A stretch of 64,000 nucleotides of DNA from assembly GCA_002345145.1 (NCBI GenBank), contig DDVC01000073.1, positions 17,809-81,808 on the forward strand, in the 5' to 3' direction. Below the pieces are notes generated by a model. It saw only the letters and a program-made list of their open reading frames with translations. It made no database searches and was not told the origin of the DNA. Position numbers and translations under genes: made by a program. Source of the DNA: Bacteroidetes bacterium UBA2322 (GTDB lineage Bacteria; Bacteroidota; Bacteroidia; Chitinophagales; UBA2359). Shown piece after piece: positions 61,223 to 64,000 of this stretch. The number at the start of each line of letters is the position of its first letter. The stretch's first letter is position 1.

Positions 61223-62003
61223 GGTGGAGGATGAATTTTAAAAAGAAAATAACTATATTGCAAAATGGTTCAAATTTCAACTCACTATCCTCATCATCGC
61301 GGTGCAACTGCATGTAGTGGTCTAAATATAATTTGGCTTCATCTCTATCCAAATCTATTATGCCTGTTTCTGTGATGCCCGGAAATGCCTCTTCCAGAAC
61401 AAGCGCTCTTGATTTTATCAATTGTTGATGATTTAAGCGCAATTGTTTTATGGTAAATGCTGCGTTTTGATTGCCATTTGATTCAAATATATTCCCTGAA
61501 AAATCATAAACAAATGATTTTTCACATGTAAATACCTCTTCACTTTCCTTTTCAAGTGGGTCAATAATTCTGACAAATATTCCGTTTTCCTCAATTATTT
61601 CTAATATATCATCTTTTGCATCACCGCAATGCTTCGGTTTTATTTGCTCTCCGTCATCACCCACCTCTATTCCGCTACAACAAACAAATAAGTTATTGTA
61701 ATCAAACATATTTTCGGGGGATTTGCTTCTAGGGTTATAATGCTCAATAATAACACTTTTATCATTTGTTAGTGGTTTGCAACAATAACAACATATAAAG
61801 CCCTGTTCTTGTAGCAGCGCTAAACGCAAATTCTTTTTCTCAAAGCAATACCCAAACTCATTTATGATGCGAGTTCTGGTATCTTCATCGTTAATGTCTC
61901 TTAACCTATTCCATGAGTAAGAGGTAGTGCCGGTAAGTTTTTCATAGTCCGCTACCCAGCGGATAAAATTGGGTGGTGGTTGGTTTTTGATTATTCCTTT
62001 CAT
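61203..62003 (-). CDS. HNH endonuclease, PtuB/retron-associated (TIGR02646-like)
   Basis: LLQEQGFICCYC, IEHYNP, YNNLFVCC, HCGDAK. Confidence 0.85.
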   Translation of the reverse strand: MKGIIKNQPPPNFIRWVADYEKLTGTTSYSWNRLRDINDEDTRTRIINEFGYCFEKKNLRLALLQEQGFICCYCCKPLTNDKSVIIEHYNPRSKSPENMFDYNNLFVCCSGIEVGDDGEQIKPKHCGDAKDDILEIIEENGIFVRIIDPLEKESEEVFTCEKSFVYDFSGNIFESNGNQNAAFTIKQLRLNHQQLIKSRALVLEEAFPGITETGIIDLDRDEAKLYLDHYMQLHRDDEDSELKFEPFCNIVIFFLKFILHHAKTIS

Positions 62004-62006
62004 CTT

Positions 62007-63680
62007 TTACCTTCCAATTAGCTGTTTGCGCTTAATAAGCCCATCGGCACGTGCAAAAACGATTTCTTCTTTGCCTATTTTCCTTTCTAATACTTCTCTC
62101 AGTAGTGCAGCCTCTTTCCACCGCTCTTGTGCAATTAATCTGGAATAAGTAAGAAGATTTGTTTCTATTTCTTTGTTTCGTGTTGGTGTATTCATTAGTG
62201 GTAAAATATCACTAATGTCTTTGCCGTAGGTATATTGTTCAACTGTTTTTATAACACCAGCATCAAGTATTTTTATCTGCCTATTATGTACTTCTCCTAA
62301 AATGTGTGGACTATGCGTAGTTACCACAAACTGTAATTTCGGGAAGATTTCTTTTAATTTAGATAATACTTTTCGCTGCCATAGTGGGTGCAGGTGTTGG
62401 TCTATTTCGTCAATCAATACAATGCCCTTACCCTCTTTGAGTGGGTTAATTTCATAATTAGGATTAGCTGCAATAATACGGCGAACAAGGTCGGCAACTA
62501 AGGCAAAAAGGGCTTTTTCGCCCGATGACATCTGAGAGAAGGAGATGGTTTCCGTTTTGTTGTCGTAGGTCAGTTTGTCAAAGGCAAACTCTTTTGATTT
62601 GTAATCAAGCCTAAAATTGCTGTAGCGTTTGTCGTCGTCATTCAGCATGTCAAGCACGGCATTGTTTAACAGGTCAAGTTCTTCATCTAAAGATTTTCCT
62701 TGTACCACTAAATCAAGTTTATTTTTGTGGGTTTCTTGTTCTGTTTTTACATTTTCGAATGTAGCAGAACTTTCTACAAAGGCGGCTTCGGCATTTTGTA
62801 TTCTCTGCTTCAGTGTTTTTAACTCGTTAGTTAGGTCTTTAAATTCTACAGTGCCGGTTTGTTTGTTTTTTCTGAGTTGCGCTATTTTATCCGTTACTAT
62901 TTCTTCATCAAGCTTTAGCGCTGTTACCTCACCTTCTTGTTTGGCTTTTTGGGCTCCTATGTTTTTTAGTTCCTGTTCCAATGCTGCTATATCGTCTTGA
63001 AACTTTTTTATTTTTGTATCTTTTTCTTGCAAGGCTAATCTTTGTTTTTCATCGTACCATTGGTAAAGTTGGTTAAAACTAAATCTTTCGGGTTCTAAGG
63101 CATTGGCATAAACAGCATCTATTCGGGATTTTACCTTTGCATTGCCGGCTGCTTGTGGTCTATTAAAAGCATTTCTGCCGTAATACACCAAGATAGGTAG
63201 GTTTTCTTTCTTTCTGAGAACATTGGTTGCTATTCTATATCCTTCTATGGTAATGCTATCGGCAATGTTGCCTTGCGCATATTTAACTTCTGTTCCACCA
63301 TTGTCATTAAGGTTTAACTCCCAAAAACAATTTGCATTGTGAATTGGTCTATCATCTTCCTCCTCGACTTCATCGGTATTGTTAGTTTTGGATTTATTCA
63401 ATTCGGTATATGGATACTCCATATTTACCACAAGCCGGCAAGATGCCGCATGTAGCCCATTTTTAACATCGGTTGATTTGAATTTAGTTTCATATTTTTG
63501 CCTAACGAGGGCATATTGGTAAAAAAAGCGCAAACACTCGGCAGTAGCATCTAATATGGTAGATTTTCCGCCGCCGTTTTCCGAAATAAAGATGGTGATA
63601 TCGGGGTCAAACGTTACTTCCAAATTGCCAAATCCTCTGAAGTTTTCTAAGTGCAGCGCTTCTAATCTGAGGTCGAACAT
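62007..63680 (-). CDS. ABC/AAA ATPase, PtuA-like, with coiled-coil insertion
   Basis: LENFRGF, SENGGGKST, MSSGEK, VLIDEIDQHLHPLWQ, TTHSPH. Confidence 0.88.
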   Translation of the reverse strand: MFDLRLEALHLENFRGFGNLEVTFDPDITIFISENGGGKSTILDATAECLRFFYQYALVRQKYETKFKSTDVKNGLHAASCRLVVNMEYPYTELNKSKTNNTDEVEEEDDRPIHNANCFWELNLNDNGGTEVKYAQGNIADSITIEGYRIATNVLRKKENLPILVYYGRNAFNRPQAAGNAKVKSRIDAVYANALEPERFSFNQLYQWYDEKQRLALQEKDTKIKKFQDDIAALEQELKNIGAQKAKQEGEVTALKLDEEIVTDKIAQLRKNKQTGTVEFKDLTNELKTLKQRIQNAEAAFVESSATFENVKTEQETHKNKLDLVVQGKSLDEELDLLNNAVLDMLNDDDKRYSNFRLDYKSKEFAFDKLTYDNKTETISFSQMSSGEKALFALVADLVRRIIAANPNYEINPLKEGKGIVLIDEIDQHLHPLWQRKVLSKLKEIFPKLQFVVTTHSPHILGEVHNRQIKILDAGVIKTVEQYTYGKDISDILPLMNTPTRNKEIETNLLTYSRLIAQERWKEAALLREVLERKIGKEEIVFARADGLIKRKQLIGR

Positions 63681-63685
63681 GGTGT

Positions 63686-64000
63686 TTAATTTAAAACATT
63701 ATTCCTAAAATCCTCTTGCAAGGAGAGGCTGATTTTATTGCGGTCTCTATCGGGTATGGTGTTGAGGGTGGCGGTGATGATGCGGTTTTGGTTGCCCACT
63801 TGGGTAAGCGAGGCAATTACCGGCGAGGCAAACCGCCCTCTGTTGGCATGACCAAGGCTGGGTTCATAAGTTGAGCCATTTTTCTGTTTCAGTTGGTGGG
63901 TAACCCTGCCTATTTTTTTGGTCAAAACTTCCCAATTGGTATTACCCGTTTGGCTTAGGTGCAGCAAGCGCAAATAAGGGTAACTTGCCGTGCCGCCGCT
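63686..64000 (-). CDS. cmr1: Probable Cmr1 C-terminus (5' part outside window)
   Basis: Open to the window edge; LGHANRGRFASPV motif; position upstream of cmr2 in the same operon. Confidence 0.7.
   Translation of the reverse strand, partial: SGGTASYPYLRLLHLSQTGNTNWEVLTKKIGRVTHQLKQKNGSTYEPSLGHANRGRFASPVIASLTQVGNQNRIITATLNTIPDRDRNKISLSLQEDFRNNVLN

Noticed and set aside
61203-64000. Retron (PtuAB-type)
   Set aside because: No reverse transcriptase motif or msr-msd region in the window; the upstream gene looks like cmr1.

Overview
Bacteroidota chromosome segment (T9SS cargo protein, fused ccoNO, TAnnTTTG promoter motifs). About 51 kb is mostly housekeeping: rnz, CarH-like MerR regulator, ABC transporter, UbiD, ruvC, PepF, two tandem S41 proteases, a cbb3 oxidase operon, acyl-CoA dehydrogenase, nadE, fabD, rfaD, pulA, yihA and typA. 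This stretch also holds an orphan cas6b (10.1-10.8 kb) and a low-GC HincII-like restriction-modification pair (45.4-47.8 kb). From 51.3 kb to the window end lies a minus-strand type III-B CRISPR-Cmr operon. Its core order cmr1-2-3-4-5-6 is kept, but accessory genes interrupt it at two junctions. Between cmr1 and cmr2 sit a Septu/PtuAB-like ATPase-HNH pair, a DUF6922-like gene and a PD-(D/E)xK gene. Between cmr3 and cmr4 sit an APE2256-type CARF fused to a restriction-like nuclease, a second PD-(D/E)xK gene, and an antitoxin/zeta-toxin pair. The toxin pair is flanked by a 147-bp duplication of the cmr4 5' end, and the truncated copy carries D28N at the Cmr4 catalytic Asp. I found no CRISPR array, cas1/cas2, tRNA, rRNA, integrase or transposase in the window; cmr1 is cut by the window edge. 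GC values are hand counts over sampled lines and family assignments are from motif recognition, not database searches.
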